NCBI GenBank assembly: GCA_965649765.1
Contig: OZ287749.1
Location: 65,100,001-65,164,000 of the forward strand
Length of the DNA: 64,000 nt
Direction: 5' to 3'
From: Bispira polyomma
Lineage: Eukaryota
The translations under genes were made by a program, and so were the position numbers. The notes beneath the pieces were generated by a model. That model was not told where the DNA came from, did no database searches, and worked only from the letters and a program-made list of their open reading frames with translations. Shown piece after piece: positions 35,701-49,300 of this stretch (its first letter is position 1; each line of letters begins with the position of its first letter).

Positions 35701-38700
35701 TATTGGCTGTAGATAAATCTCTAAAAAAACTATGTCGTGTACGGTTTGTAAAGCCCTTTTAGACTTTAAACAAACTGCAAACTGCAAAAACAAGCTATGC
35801 AGAATTGTGTGCCATGCTGGTCTTCGCTCACATACAACACCTCTGCCTTAAAAATTGCACTGGCTGTCTGTTGAGTTTTGTATTAAAATAGAGGTATTTG
35901 TCCTTATTTTAAAGACTGTCCTTGTGTCAATCCACCTCTGACTTTTTACCCCCAAAACTGGCTGGTTCAAAATCATTTAAAGCTGCAACACCTGCTGAGA
36001 ATGGAATAGTCTTCGCACTTAGACTAGGATTACAGGCTTCCGAGAAAACCCCCACCTCAAAATGCATCTGTATCATGTCAACTTGCTTTTCCGCCTTTAC
36101 TTTCGTCTGCTGGTTACGACTAAACTCTAATAACAAACCTTCCCTCCTATCGTATTTTTTTTTTTGCATATTGACTGGGATGTGCACTGATTATCCATTG
36201 TGGTTCTGTATAAGTAAAACATTAACATTTTGACATCTAGTGCCCTGTTTAGGCAACTGCAGATTGGTGTTCTAAAAGCAGCCAAATATGATTAGCATTA
36301 TAAATATATACGAAGAACAAATGGTCTATGACTTGTTTGGTATGGTACATATATTTTCTTATAATTACCTCTGATCAGCAGTTTATGTTTTCCTGTCTCG
36401 GACCCTTAGTTTGTTTGGTAAGTTTTTTTTGCCAGCAGGATTACATACATACTACTGAACGGATTGACATGCTAGTTTGCTTGCTTATTAATGGGTCCTG
36501 GGTCAAGGAAGAAGGCCAATTTCAGGATTATTTTGGTTTTCAAAATTTGGCACTATGGTACCTTGGCGAAAGTATGTACTCAGCTGAGTGCCCTTCTATT
36601 TTTGCACACATTCCCACTTGTCAATTAAAAGAGAAGACGATGACTGAAATGGGCAAACTGTCCCAATATTATATGGGTGTTAACGTCGCCTTCATCACAT
36701 TTTCAGCTATATCAAGATGGGCAGTTCACCAGAAGAGCAAATTGTAGAGAAAGGCAGTTGAACAATGTGTCTGTTTCTAACCGTGAGTTGTATAGCTGGC
36801 CACAGCTTTTACAGACACACAATGTGTATGATTGCTAGTCTTTAGTCAGTAAACACAGACCCTCATGTCTATAGGTCATGGCCTTTGTTTTATCTCTCAA
36901 ACAGTTACATAGCTGGATGAGCAGTGTAAATAATATTCAGAAAATCCTTTTTTTTACACATCAAGTTTATACTTAAGCTTAAGGTAATGACCACATTTAG
37001 ATATATGATGCAAGAAATGGTTTTTTTAATGAAAAAAACCTACATTTTTAGATTAAACTATATAATATTTGCTATATTTAAAATGCAAGTTGTTATAATA
37101 TGCACGTCTGAAGATGGATATTTTAGAGTCTCTGTGTTTTACAATTAGGTCAATAAACTGGGTCACTAAAATGCATATAGGATACAGATATCGAACATTG
37201 AGTTGCTCCTAATTAAGAGGACGTAAAATATAACTGTTGGTCTTAAACCATTAGTCAAATTCAGTTTTGGTGGTTTAAACAGATTTTCAGTAAATAATAT
37301 ATTTCTTAATGGCTATATTTTGGCAATATAGTTCAATTTTGGACCTAAAATGTAAAAACCTGCTGTATATATTATCCTGCCAAAAACATGTTCTACTGCT
37401 ACCACATAAAGTCTATTTGTTTGGCTTAGGGTCTATATAAACGTTTCCTTTGACATATACGTCAATGTTACGTGAGGAATTACGTGGATATAGAAATGTA
37501 TAAAAAAAATAAACTGCACTAATGAGGCCAGAGGTGCTTCTCTTTGTTCTTTCTCATATTACAGTAGAAACCTAGCTTCTTTATTCTATTTATGCACTAA
37601 AATATATTTTTTACATCACATTTAGAAAGAAATGAACAAAGGTCTAAAATATAGAAAGTAGTTTCAAAATTGAGAAATGATTCCTTTCTGTTTTAGGTAT
37701 TTCACCTGGGTTAGAACTGTATGTCCATAAAATAAAAGACCAAAACCAAAGAGCAATTATAGCAAAACTGTGTTCCCGAACTGTCCCACTCGAAATTGAG
37801 CAAGGCTGATGAAGAAACTTTAAACCCAAAGATAGAGTCTGTAAATTGTGTGACTAAGATATTGAAGATAAAATTCATTTTGTTTTGTTACTGTAAGTGC
37901 AATCACTTTTTTCTTTATTATTTTATGCATAAGGTTACAAAAGTTTAATTTACAATCACTGGTCTCTCACCAATGTTGGATTGAATCATGTTTATTCCTT
38001 TTTGTGGAAAATGCTGGTGGTTTACAGTACTTCAGCACTGGTTTCCTCCACTGTTAAATCTAGCAATCCCGATGTAAAAACTAAACTATCAATTCAAAAT
38101 TAAAATTTCACAATTGGAAGCTTTATTCAATGCCTAAACAGATGGATAGTAATTCTAGGCTTGTTGAAACTTGTGCATTATTTAAAGTATGTGGTAATGG
38201 TAACACAAACTTGTAATGCTCTTCATTGGTGTGAGCCATCTTTTAAAAGATCAAAAAGATTTAAGAAGACCAAAGTGAATGGTCGTAATCCATAGCCAGG
38301 TCATTCATATTTATACTCAACGCTTATATCTACAACCTTCATCTGGTATTCAGAGCACTGATTAACCCTTTCCTGACTGTAACAGTAAACATTATCAGTT
38401 ACTGTCCCTATAACCTTAACTGAAGAGACAGGCTTGAGGATGCCCATTTATCAACGTCCCCCAAGGATCTTTAGCCTGCCACTGGGGATAGAACCTAGTG
38501 ACAGAGGACCGCCATTTTAAGTGGTCATCTGAGTGACCAGGCTAACATGTGTACACATATTGCCCAAGGATGCTATCAAAACAATGAAACTAGTGGTCAG
38601 TACTGGAAGTAGAACCCTGGACCTTCTAATCATTGGAACAACTCCATAACGACTAGTCCACGGGGGACTGTTATCATCAAAGAGTTTAGTGTTAACCAAA

Positions 38701-41700
38701 TTATGTTATGTGGGGTAGTCCAGGTTGAAGAGTTATATGTGTTTTAGTTGTTTTTTCTCAACTATGATAAAGGGAGCATTGTAATCTGATTTCTATGAAT
38801 TTGAATTTAGTTCAGGTTTTACGTCACTTTCAACAGCTGAGGTCATATTACCTTGTGGTCTCTTGTCATATTAGTGGTCTCTGTGGCCTAGTGATTAGAG
38901 TGTCGGCCTGAGTGATCTTTTGAGTGATCTCAGAGCCCCGGTTCGATTCTCACTGCAGGCCTGGAGATTGTACCCTCAGACAAGGTGCTTCACACAAAAG
39001 TTGCCCCTCTCTACGCAGGTGTATAATTGGGTACCTGGCCGCTAATGAGCATTAGTGAGAGGCCAGTGATTGTAAAGCAGGTTAAGAAACACCTGCTTCA
39101 CAAAGTGGAGCATGCGTACTACCATGGAGAACCTATAAGATCTAACCCTTTTGCAAGGTCTTATTCTGGAGATACAATCCATGAGCATTGTGCATACAGT
39201 CTGTACTTCTCAATCCATTAAAATTGAGGTTTAAGAAGGTGGTTTCTGAAAAAAATATTGGACTCATACTTGACGTTTTTAGAGAAGGATGCTTCACTGA
39301 TTTATATTCAAATGTTACATTTAAATTGTTGGTCAATTAATAATTGTTTACACATAGGATGGATTTTGTAGTTTGACAGTCTATCTCAAGCAAAAACTAG
39401 ACAAATTTGAGATTTTAAGAGATTATACATGTAATTGTAAAATAACAAAGAGCAAGAAATGTATCTACTTCTATACATTTCTATTAAATTATTTTTAATA
39501 ATTAATCTTCAGTATTAAATGTTCATTACTAATAATTGAAGTTATTGCTTGATTTTATAGATGAACTGATATATTAAATCATGCGGATGAGCTTGTTTTA
39601 GGATCTTAAGTTGAATTGTAACCCATCATAAGATTGTGGACATCTTTTAAGTTAGGATCCAGGTAAAAACACCAAAGATACTTTTCAGGTAATGGAGCCC
39701 AAAGAACAAAGTGGCCACTGATCTCTGGTATTTGCCCACCAGGTATTCTTTGAAATAAACTCATGCTTAAATTGATACTCAAATATAGGCAATGTAAAAC
39801 CCCTTGTATATGAACACAGCATATACTTGTGACCATCCTTTTTAATAGAGCTTTCAACACTGAATTCAAATATGCAGTTAGATTTTAGATATGTGTACTG
39901 TATCCAGAGTTATATAGAGATACCAGATTTGAGTTGAGTATGAGTTTGAGCTGAGTATTTTTATTCTCTCGATAATACGTGCCCAGATGATTTTTTTTTC
40001 TTTTGACTCACTTTCAATTATCTACTTGGGTCTGGCTCTTGCTGAACCAAGTTTCTTTGAAAATAATTAACTACTTCTAGTAAATTACTAATCGTGAAGG
40101 AAGCAAAAATAGATGGTGCATCCTCTCTTCCACTTAATGGCAGTCAAAATTTGGGGTTCCTTCAATACATGGTATAATTGGCAACTGCAATGGTATACAA
40201 TTTGTCAATGGCTTGCCATTTGCCCTAATAAGCAGGTGCTGATTTAGGTCATTGTGCCGCCGGTAAAAATTACCCGCCGGTGAAAATGTCTATCATTACC
40301 TTAGCATGTTCCAAGTGAGCCCAAATTAACTCTTACTCACAGGAAATACGTCATTTTGTAATTTACAAAAGACGCATGCGCAAAGCTGGGTGGGACAGAA
40401 TTAATGTCATTTAAAAAAAGAATATGATATAATCATCCAAATTCTGTTGTTTTATTCAATTGAATTCTTATTTAAGCTTATTTTTGAATAAAAATTCTAG
40501 GGATGATTTTATTAAGTGTGTGTATGTATCTTACAAAGACATATAGCTAAAAATGGGACTATTTGCCCTCTTGACAATGGAGTTGGTCTCTTACCAGACA
40601 AAAAGTTTAAAAGGTCTTCGTCACTGGAAAATTATGCGCATTCAGTGCGATATCAAAACTTACTCTTTGATGAAGTGTTAGCCAGGGCTTCCTATCAGCA
40701 TGTTTTTTCTCGACCGACGTCGGCCGATTTTATCAGACATTATTTAATATTACCATTTTGTTCAAAACCGATTAACCAATTTAAAAAAAAAAAAAAAATG
40801 TTACATATTTGATGTAAGAAAGCCTAGGCTAAGTAAAGGACGCCTAACAAAACGTTTGTCTATTTTCAAACAGATACAAAAAAAAACTATCTATAGAAAA
40901 TCCCCCATGATGTCTGGAAAATGTGTCCCCATTTATGAAGTAACTTAAAGATTTAAAAGTTAACACTTTCACATAAAGGTTGTACATAACTGATTATTGC
41001 CACCCTGGGCATTGTGGGCACCAGGGCGCAATATGGGAATACCGACAATAATATCTGATTTTGTTCAATTTTTCAGTTAAATATTTGTATTGATAAAATT
41101 AGTTATTTACAATAAACGTTTTCAGTGTTATATCACTTATTACCAAAATTATCAACTCATCTGTCAAAATTATAAAGTTATTGTTGAAAAAAAATGTTGG
41201 TATGCCCATAATGCAGCAGGCATGACAATACTTTGAAGGGAAGCTTAAAAACCACTGGTGCTGTAAAATATTTCTTGTCCATCTTGTAACCAGTAAGTCC
41301 TGAAGGCTGGCCGTTACTGTACAGATTTGTATGGTTATAAGTAACCAAATGTAAGTTATGTCACATAATTAAGATATACATCTATCTATATCTAAAGTCA
41401 TCCTTAAGTCCAGTGTACATTTTTGCATACTATTTTTTATGCAAGACTACGCAATGCATGTATGGGTTTATATCACAGAGAAAGGCTCAGTCCTGTAGTG
41501 GTTCTTCCACTGGCCTTCCACTGTGGCTTTACGTGGGGACTGTTGGCCAGTTACTTACCAATGCCGGATGGTTTACAGTGCAGAACCTTGACCCACTAGG
41601 TACTGCTTTCCATCATGATATGACCTATACAATGTTATTTGTTTGTCATGAGGATTAACTACAAACAATGTACCTGGTTTGTATAGAAGGATGGAGTATG

Positions 41701-42361
41701 GGCATTTTGGAGCATTAGTAGTAGAAATATTGAGCCAGGAATTATTTGTTTACCCTTGAGGTATGTACTCTACATAGTGCCTTTCCCAGTTGAATTACTG
41801 TAAGGCTACATTTTTATTTTCCCTTTTTTCAGTCACAGATAGTATCCTAATCCGTTTGATTGGACAGCATTGGGGAATTGTCTGTAGGAGTTTTTGTTCA
41901 TTGTCTTTGACAAAATAGGGGTGAATTTTTACACATTAGTGGATGCTATTTAACTCGAGGAAACCCCATTGTTGCCGCTACGTGGCTTTAAAGGCAACTC
42001 TTTTCACAGTAAATTATTAGCGAATTGGTCTGATTTTTGACTTGATAAGCTCATTTTGTCCACTGATTCTACCTAGAGGACAAAATCTACATTCTGAGTA
42101 GACTTTTCACCACTCAATCTCTGCCTTCATCCTGTAATTAAGTAAAGCCCCCTTCTCACATGCTGTACTAATAATCCGCAATATAACAACACAATACAAC
42201 CAGAATTAATAAGAGGATTTATTAACGGTGTAGTCCTGGTAAGAAGGCAATATAAGAAAAAAGTCACAGGTATTATTTCTATATATAGAAAGGAAAATAA
42301 GGTGAAATGTATGAAACAGAAAATACCTCTGCAAAGTAACATTTCCTTAGAATAATCATTT

Positions 42362-42520
42362 AAGGGCTTTACAGATGGTCCACGACACGACGCGGCATGA
42401 CATATTTTTATAAATTTCTCCAAGGCCAAGTGAGACCAGTCTGAACAATCAATATATATTGTCTTTGTTTCAATTTTTATGACGTGTCATGACGTGTAAT
42501 GGGCAGTCTGTAAAGCCCTT
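42362..42520. mobile_element. MITE with AAGGGCTTTACAGA TIRs (PIF/Harbinger-like); copies 46787-46972 and 35600-35758
   Basis: 14-bp TIRs, TA/TAA flanks, shared internal GACAC repeats in three copies. Confidence 0.75.
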
Positions 42521-42680
42521 TACTCATACTTTATTGTACAAGGCTTAATTTAGTTTAAACCTCTCTGTATTTTAGCCACAACATGTAGACTATTTCAAGG
42601 AAGTAGTAAACCCCTTAAAGCTGTACCATGGCAGTCCAATACAAAGCAAAGTCTACTTCATAATAACCACTTACTCAGAC

Positions 42681-42686
42681 TTTATT
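42681..42686 (-). terminator. Candidate polyadenylation signal of the LRRC74-like gene
   Basis: AATAAA on minus about 320 nt after the stop; a second one near 42530-42535. Confidence 0.4.
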
Positions 42687-43001
42687 GTCATACAGCTTTT
42701 AATTGAGTTAGAAAACTCTGAGGAACCTATATATTTTTTCTCACATTGGAAAATAAGTATTCTAAAGAGGAGATAAACCCCATTTTAAAATTCACAAACA
42801 CACACTCACCAAGGGGCTGAATATTTAAGAGTGATGAAAATATTTAATATCTAGTTTTCAGAAGACGAAAAAAATCCCATATAGTCATTTAGAGCCTGTA
42901 AAAAGCCAAGTATTACCATATGCCTAAAAAAAGTCATTTTCCACCGACAGACCTGACATCTCTAAATACCACATAGTGTACGAAGTTCCTTTCTGTCAAG
43001 T

Positions 43002-43383
43002 TCACTGTTTTCTTCCTGGTACAGATTGTCGTCTGCTTATTACTTTGTGTAAAGCCACCGAACTGGCGGTACCTAGAACCCCACCCCTGATAACCCCACT
43101 TTTACCAGATGCCAAGACATCCCTCCTTGGTTGAGAACTGACTGGTGTTACCCTTGAATGTCTGGAGTAGTCCGCGCTGAAAAGCGGGATAGCCCTTGTT
43201 TGTGGGGATTCCCCCGCTGACCACCTCGACGAAAGCCTATTGGGGTGCATTATGGGCGGCAGTGTGTCTCCCTCGGCTATAATGCGCTTGTGTACGACAC
43301 TGATAGTGATCTGCTCCTTTTGTTTACGTCTTTGTTCGTCTCTGCTGGCCTTCACCTGTGCTCTGACCATCTCCATCAATCGG
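43002..43383 (-). CDS. LRRC74: LRRC74-like exon 13 (terminal; 126-aa tail)
   Basis: TTACAG acceptor, phase 2 (TA+C = Tyr), RLMEMVRAQVKASRDEQRRKQKEQ...RRQSVPGRKQ*. Confidence 0.85.
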
Positions 43384-46300
43384 CTGTAATGTGAAAACAA
43401 ACACTAACACAAACACAATAAAGGAACAAGGTTTAATTTAAGGAAGGTTTAATACATTCAATAAAGATGTTTTGTTTCCTCTTAAGTTACATACCTTGCT
43501 TACCTAAATATTAAGTCGAGGTCTAAGACCAACCAAGATAATTTTTATGAATATTCTACCATGTCGCTTAAACTTGATATCTAATGTCTGAATGGCCCAA
43601 GTTCCTTCACCAATCAAGCCCTAGATTGTCATTTGAAAAACAAAAAGTTGTTATTGGTGCATTAATTTACACAATAATCACCCTGTTGCCTATTGAGAGG
43701 CACTCGTTTGAGAATGCAGAAGACCTGGGTTTGATCACACAGTGAAGGAGTCCCAGGTGTGGGTAGATACACCTAGATAACCACTTGATTAATTTACCTG
43801 TCAGGGATACACTAAAGACCTCTGGACATATTGACAAATGGTCAATCTGAACCCTCTGTCTACAGTTAGGGGGGTGTCAGTTGTTTGCTGACCATACTTA
43901 TGCAGGTTAACTTAGCCTTTAAATCACATCAAATGAGTGGGAATAATACGGTGAGCATACATTTGAATACATAAAAAAAATTGAGTACAGGTTTAAATTC
44001 TTGTATTAGGATCTTTATTAGTGTTTTTACATATGTACTTACTAGTAAGTTATCTTTCCTGTATTGACCCCATCCAGGCTTTTCAGTAACTTTTCTATCT
44101 GATATTTCTCTAAGGGCACTTGAGCTGTCTGCAAAGATAGTGACGTAATACAGTAAACAAGAGTTGTCTTTTGAAAAAAAGACACACAGGCACACAGTGT
44201 AAGAAATATTAATCTGACACCCCCTCAATTTGATGACCAGGTCGATTGCTTTCAACCAATCCATGAAGGCCTTACATATTATCTTCCAATATTGCGGCAA
44301 TGTGACAAAGCACCTGATAATAATAATAAGCTGACACCGCTGAGTTTGGTCCGGTCTATTTCTTGCAACAAATCCATGAAGGCCTTTCATATTATTTTCC
44401 CATTTATTATATTCCAAGATGGTCATGCCCTTTTCAAAAAGTGAAAACAATCTCAGGATGTGCCTGATAAAAACTCATTAGAATACAAATTTTTCACTGG
44501 TAAGCAATATTAACTATTTAGATTGTGCACACCAATCAGGATGGGGGACAACTGAATTTGAATTTAAATTGCTAGGTATAAATTTCTCTGTTGACTTGGA
44601 AAGTATAAGTGATCTTAACTATAACCCTGTCATTGAAAGTCAAAGAAACCAAATAAGTCCTTGGAAGAAGCGATATCTTACACCTCTTGGCAAAATCACT
44701 GTAATAAAAACCCTCATTTTACCAAAATACAAATATTTGTTTCTTACATTACTAAGACCCAAAGATTCTGTGATTTAAAAAATTAACAACGTCCTGTACA
44801 AGTTTTTATAGTATGACAGACTCGACAAAGTAAGTAAAAAAACAGACTACCAAAAAACTATTAACAAGGTGATTTGAAAATGGTAGATTTGAGGGCATTC
44901 ATACTACGAAAAAAATAAAATGGATAAGAAGGCTAATCAAAGAAGATGATGCACAATGGACCAAGTTTGTAAATTATTGTGCTAAATCAAAAAAGAAACT
45001 TCTGCTTCTGGAAGGTCCGTGGTCAAATCAATAAAGAACCAAGTAAAAAACCTTTTCTGGCGCGACCTTTTGGAAGCATGAAGTGAGATATCACTAAATA
45101 TTTTAGTTAAATACCCAAAAGATCTTAATTTCTCTTCTCTATGGTATAATTCTTGTATTTCGCGCGAACCTATGTTCTACTCAAAATGGTTTGTAAAAGG
45201 CATTATCTGTCTATGGGATACACTTGATGAAAATGGGAATCCTTTTCCCTAAAAGGCAATTCAAGAAACTTTTCATATATCAGTTAATTTCTTAAACCAC
45301 CACAGGTTAAATACGTATATAAGAGAAGCCTTTACAAAAAAACTGTATTCCCAACCATCCATGAGGCCTTTTTGACCCTTTTAAATGCGATTATTGTGCA
45401 AATCTGACATAGGTAGTAGACACTTTTATAAAATCATGATGCTGATGCACGGTGATAACGATTATAGTGACCTTAGGTCAAAATGGAACAGTAATATCGA
45501 GAGGGGCGCAGGCCTCATTGACTGGGAAAGGGCTTGCAAAGTGTGTTTCAATTGTATTGAGGATAATTATATTGTTTGGTTCCAATATCATATTTTAAAC
45601 CATATATTGGGCACAAAATCTCTTTTAAACAAAATAAGCATAAACACTGATTCAACTTGTGGCCTTTGTAATGTGGAGGAAGAAACAATCTCACACCTGC
45701 TAATAAGTTGCCCAAAGAGTCAATGTTTATGGCAAGAATCAAAAAAATGGGTTAGTAAAAAAGTGGGAATAAATATAATTTTGTCTCGCTAAAATATTCG
45801 ATCCAGATATCACATGAAGGAATCTAAAACCATAGCAATTAACCTACTATATGCAAAAATTATATTTTCTAATGTTCTCGATGTTCAGTGACCCCCATCT
45901 TGACAGTAATTAGGGAAATATACTGCGAACAGGAGTATCTAGCAAAGCTAAACCAAAAAGATTAACTTTTCAATACAAAATGGAAGTTAATTAATGCTGT
46001 TATCCAGTCGGTTTGATGCCTTTGTCGTTATACTATTGCTGGATTTACTTATTTTGACGTAAAATTATACTGATACATTGTATGCTTTATGTATTCTCGT
46101 ATTGTAACATGGTAAACCATGTAAATATTCTTGTAACATTGTTATTTGTTTGTATCTTTAATGTATTCTCATATTGTAACATGTTAGACCATGTATATAT
46201 TTTTGTAATATTGTTATTAATGTAAATGACCCAGAGAAGTAATAAATATCATCAAAAAAAAAAAAAAACAAGCAAAAAGAAACACTATTTAGATTGTGAG

Positions 46301-49300
46301 CTTAGTCAGTGTAAATTAATTCTTAGTAAAAAATTAAATTTGTAATAATAGTTTAACCAAACAAATTGTTATTTAGTGGAAATTCATTCCAGTTAATGTT
46401 TTTTAAAAAATATTTCAGTAGTGAAATTTTTTTACAGCTAAAATTCCCAAATTATACACTAATCAACATGCCTCAATTGAAATGCAATAAAAATATACCC
46501 TTCTCAAAATCAACCTGTAACTATATATATTTCAAATTTAATATTTGTGTACACAAAATCTATATTTCTACTTCAATCAAATGTACACATATTTCCTTAA
46601 AACATTAGTAAAAAATTGGGTAATCCTTGGGGCTGAATCCTAATTTTAATTAATGCATTGAATTATTGACTTGAAAAGCCAAAAAATCTAATGTTCAAAT
46701 CCACAATTGTTCTAAAATGTTGTTAAACGTCGATTTATATGTACACCTATTTATTATAAACTATAAAGACACAACTTAAGCCATTAAAGGGCTTTACAGA
46801 CACTCCATGACATGACACTACATAAAAATAGAAACAAGACAACATAAATTGCTTATTCAGACTGATCCCAGAGCGACACTACACCACACTGCACGACACT
46901 GCAATTGGCCTTGGAGAAATCTCTAAAAAAACGTCGTGCCGTGTCATGTCGTATGCAGTTTTTAAAGCCCTTAACTCCTGTTTTTAGTGTTTGGACAAGA
47001 CCCACCTTTAGTCCCTGAACAAACTGTTCTCTGGAAATATACACATGGTTGATTTTGTTAAATCTGCGGAATATATCTAGGGGTCGGAGATTTTTCTGGC
47101 TCATGTACTCCACAAACAACTTTTCTGGATCTGCTCGGGCCACTGGAGAAAAAGTATATTTGCCTAGATTAGTTTATCACTATTAATAAAATTTTTTACA
47201 GTTATTGATTCATAGTTTATTTTATGTAGTACTTTTGGACCTTAAACCTTGCATGTGGAAAACAGAGAAGATATTTTGGTGATGGTAATATGGATTTTAA
47301 GCAAGCACAATTGATGCTGGTCATCTTTTGAGGTCCAACATCATTGACAATGAGGCGAAAGGGATACAAGACAGCATTATCCTACAAGACAGCATTTTCA
47401 GCAGGCAATCGTTAGTTCACATCTTGCTCAATGATGTCATCCAACATTGTGGTGTAACCAGGAGTCAAACAAGGGACATACCGATCACCAGAGCAACGCT
47501 GTTACCATGAGTCTAATCAGGGACATTTCTATCACCTGACCTGACCAACTCCCTGACTACTCAGGGCATTGTAAATTACAAAAGACCTTTATAAAAAAAC
47601 CTTTAAAATACAACTACAGTGTGTTTTAAGAAGGATATCTAAATATACAGTTTCCTCAGATTTCACCGGTTTAGAGATTAAGAGACAATGGTTTACATTG
47701 GAGTAATGTATACACTGCCTAGAAGACGCATGTATGTTCAAAATACTAAGTAACAAATGTGACGTAAAAGTTGATATTACTGAAAGAGTACTTAAAGTAA
47801 ACACTAGGAACTCAAACTAACTCGTCCTCTCTCCAAATAGGTCATAACTTCCTACAATATGTCCGTGGTTAAAGGTAAAAGACCGCCTTTGACCTAGATT
47901 TTCTGCAAGGTACAAAGCTCTCTGAGTAACTGATATTCCCTACAAAATAAAAATACATGTATATATAAACATTTTTGTGGACATATATAAATGTAGACAC
48001 AAAAGAAATAGGGGAACCTGAGACTTGAAGTGTGGGAAGGTGATATTAGGTGCTGTGTGTTAATTATAAGGAATCAAAACTGAAAAGTTTCTTTCTTTAT
48101 TTCTTTCTTTCATTCTTCCTTTTGTAAGAATGTTTTATACTGCAGAAAAGTTGAAGCTACTTGTAAAGTTACAGTTTATTTTTCCAAACAAATTTAGGTG
48201 TAACTCAATACTTGTCTGTAAGTGTGTACACGTGGAAATTGGAGCCAGTGCCACCACAGCCACCACCCTCCCTGTCCCTCCCATATACATCTTTTCATGA
48301 CATAAGTGGCTCCTCACGCCCCACTATAATTACACTCACTCAGCTTACAAATTGTCATCTACAGTAATTAGTTGTTCACGAATTTAATATGTAATGTTTT
48401 TTATACTCGTTTTTGGTCAATTTATTTATTAATTACAACCCACATAGAAATAGTTTTTAAACAAACAAAACAACTACAAGGGTTCTTCAGATAAAACATA
48501 ATATCCTCATGTAAAACCCTTTTTATTTGTTCATTTAATCTTATAAAAAACCCTCACCCTAGACTTTATTACAACTACCACTCTTAGCTGGACAATACCC
48601 CATATCAACTGAGAAGTAACTATACTTCTGTGGGACTGCCATAGGTTTTATTCATTTTTTAACATGACTGATTAATTAAATCACCGAATAAGCACTTAAA
48701 ATATTGGTCAGTGGGTCCGATTAAATTATTGAAATTTTTTTTCTATCTGTAATTCATACTCGTATTTCTACTTGTAAAAATTGGAGGGACATCAGTTCAG
48801 TTAATCCGAACCTAAGATATCAAATTCTTAAAAAAAAAAAAAAATGTTACTGAAATTTGATTCCAGCTAAAATGATATTTGCCTTTCTACTTCGATATTC
48901 TAAAAATTTGGGGACATCAGTTTGTTAATCCAGATTTTCGGATGAATGGACAGACGTCAGATAAACTGACTTCTTGTGTACTTACCTCCAGATTGAGTGA
49001 GGTCAGTCTACAGAGTTGTGCTGCTTCCAGTAAATCCACACATACAGTGGTACTCAATGGGTTGTGTCCTATCTGACAGTGGCCAATAGGAACAGAGATG
49101 ACATGAAAGAAAAGAAGTGGAATATGTGAGGACTAGAGTCATTGCAATTTCTTACAATATATGTCAGAGGCGGCTTTATGATATGATATAAATAGATATT
49201 CCGATAGCACAGTGAAATAGATTATGTAAATGAGGGTATTATGGGATAGTTTTTATGTTTTAATAAAATACCACTAAAACATTTACATAATAATGCACTA

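Noticed and set aside
43929-44450. 173-aa minus-strand ORF
   Set aside because: Runs through a dispersed repeat and crosses LRRC74 exon 12 in the wrong frame.
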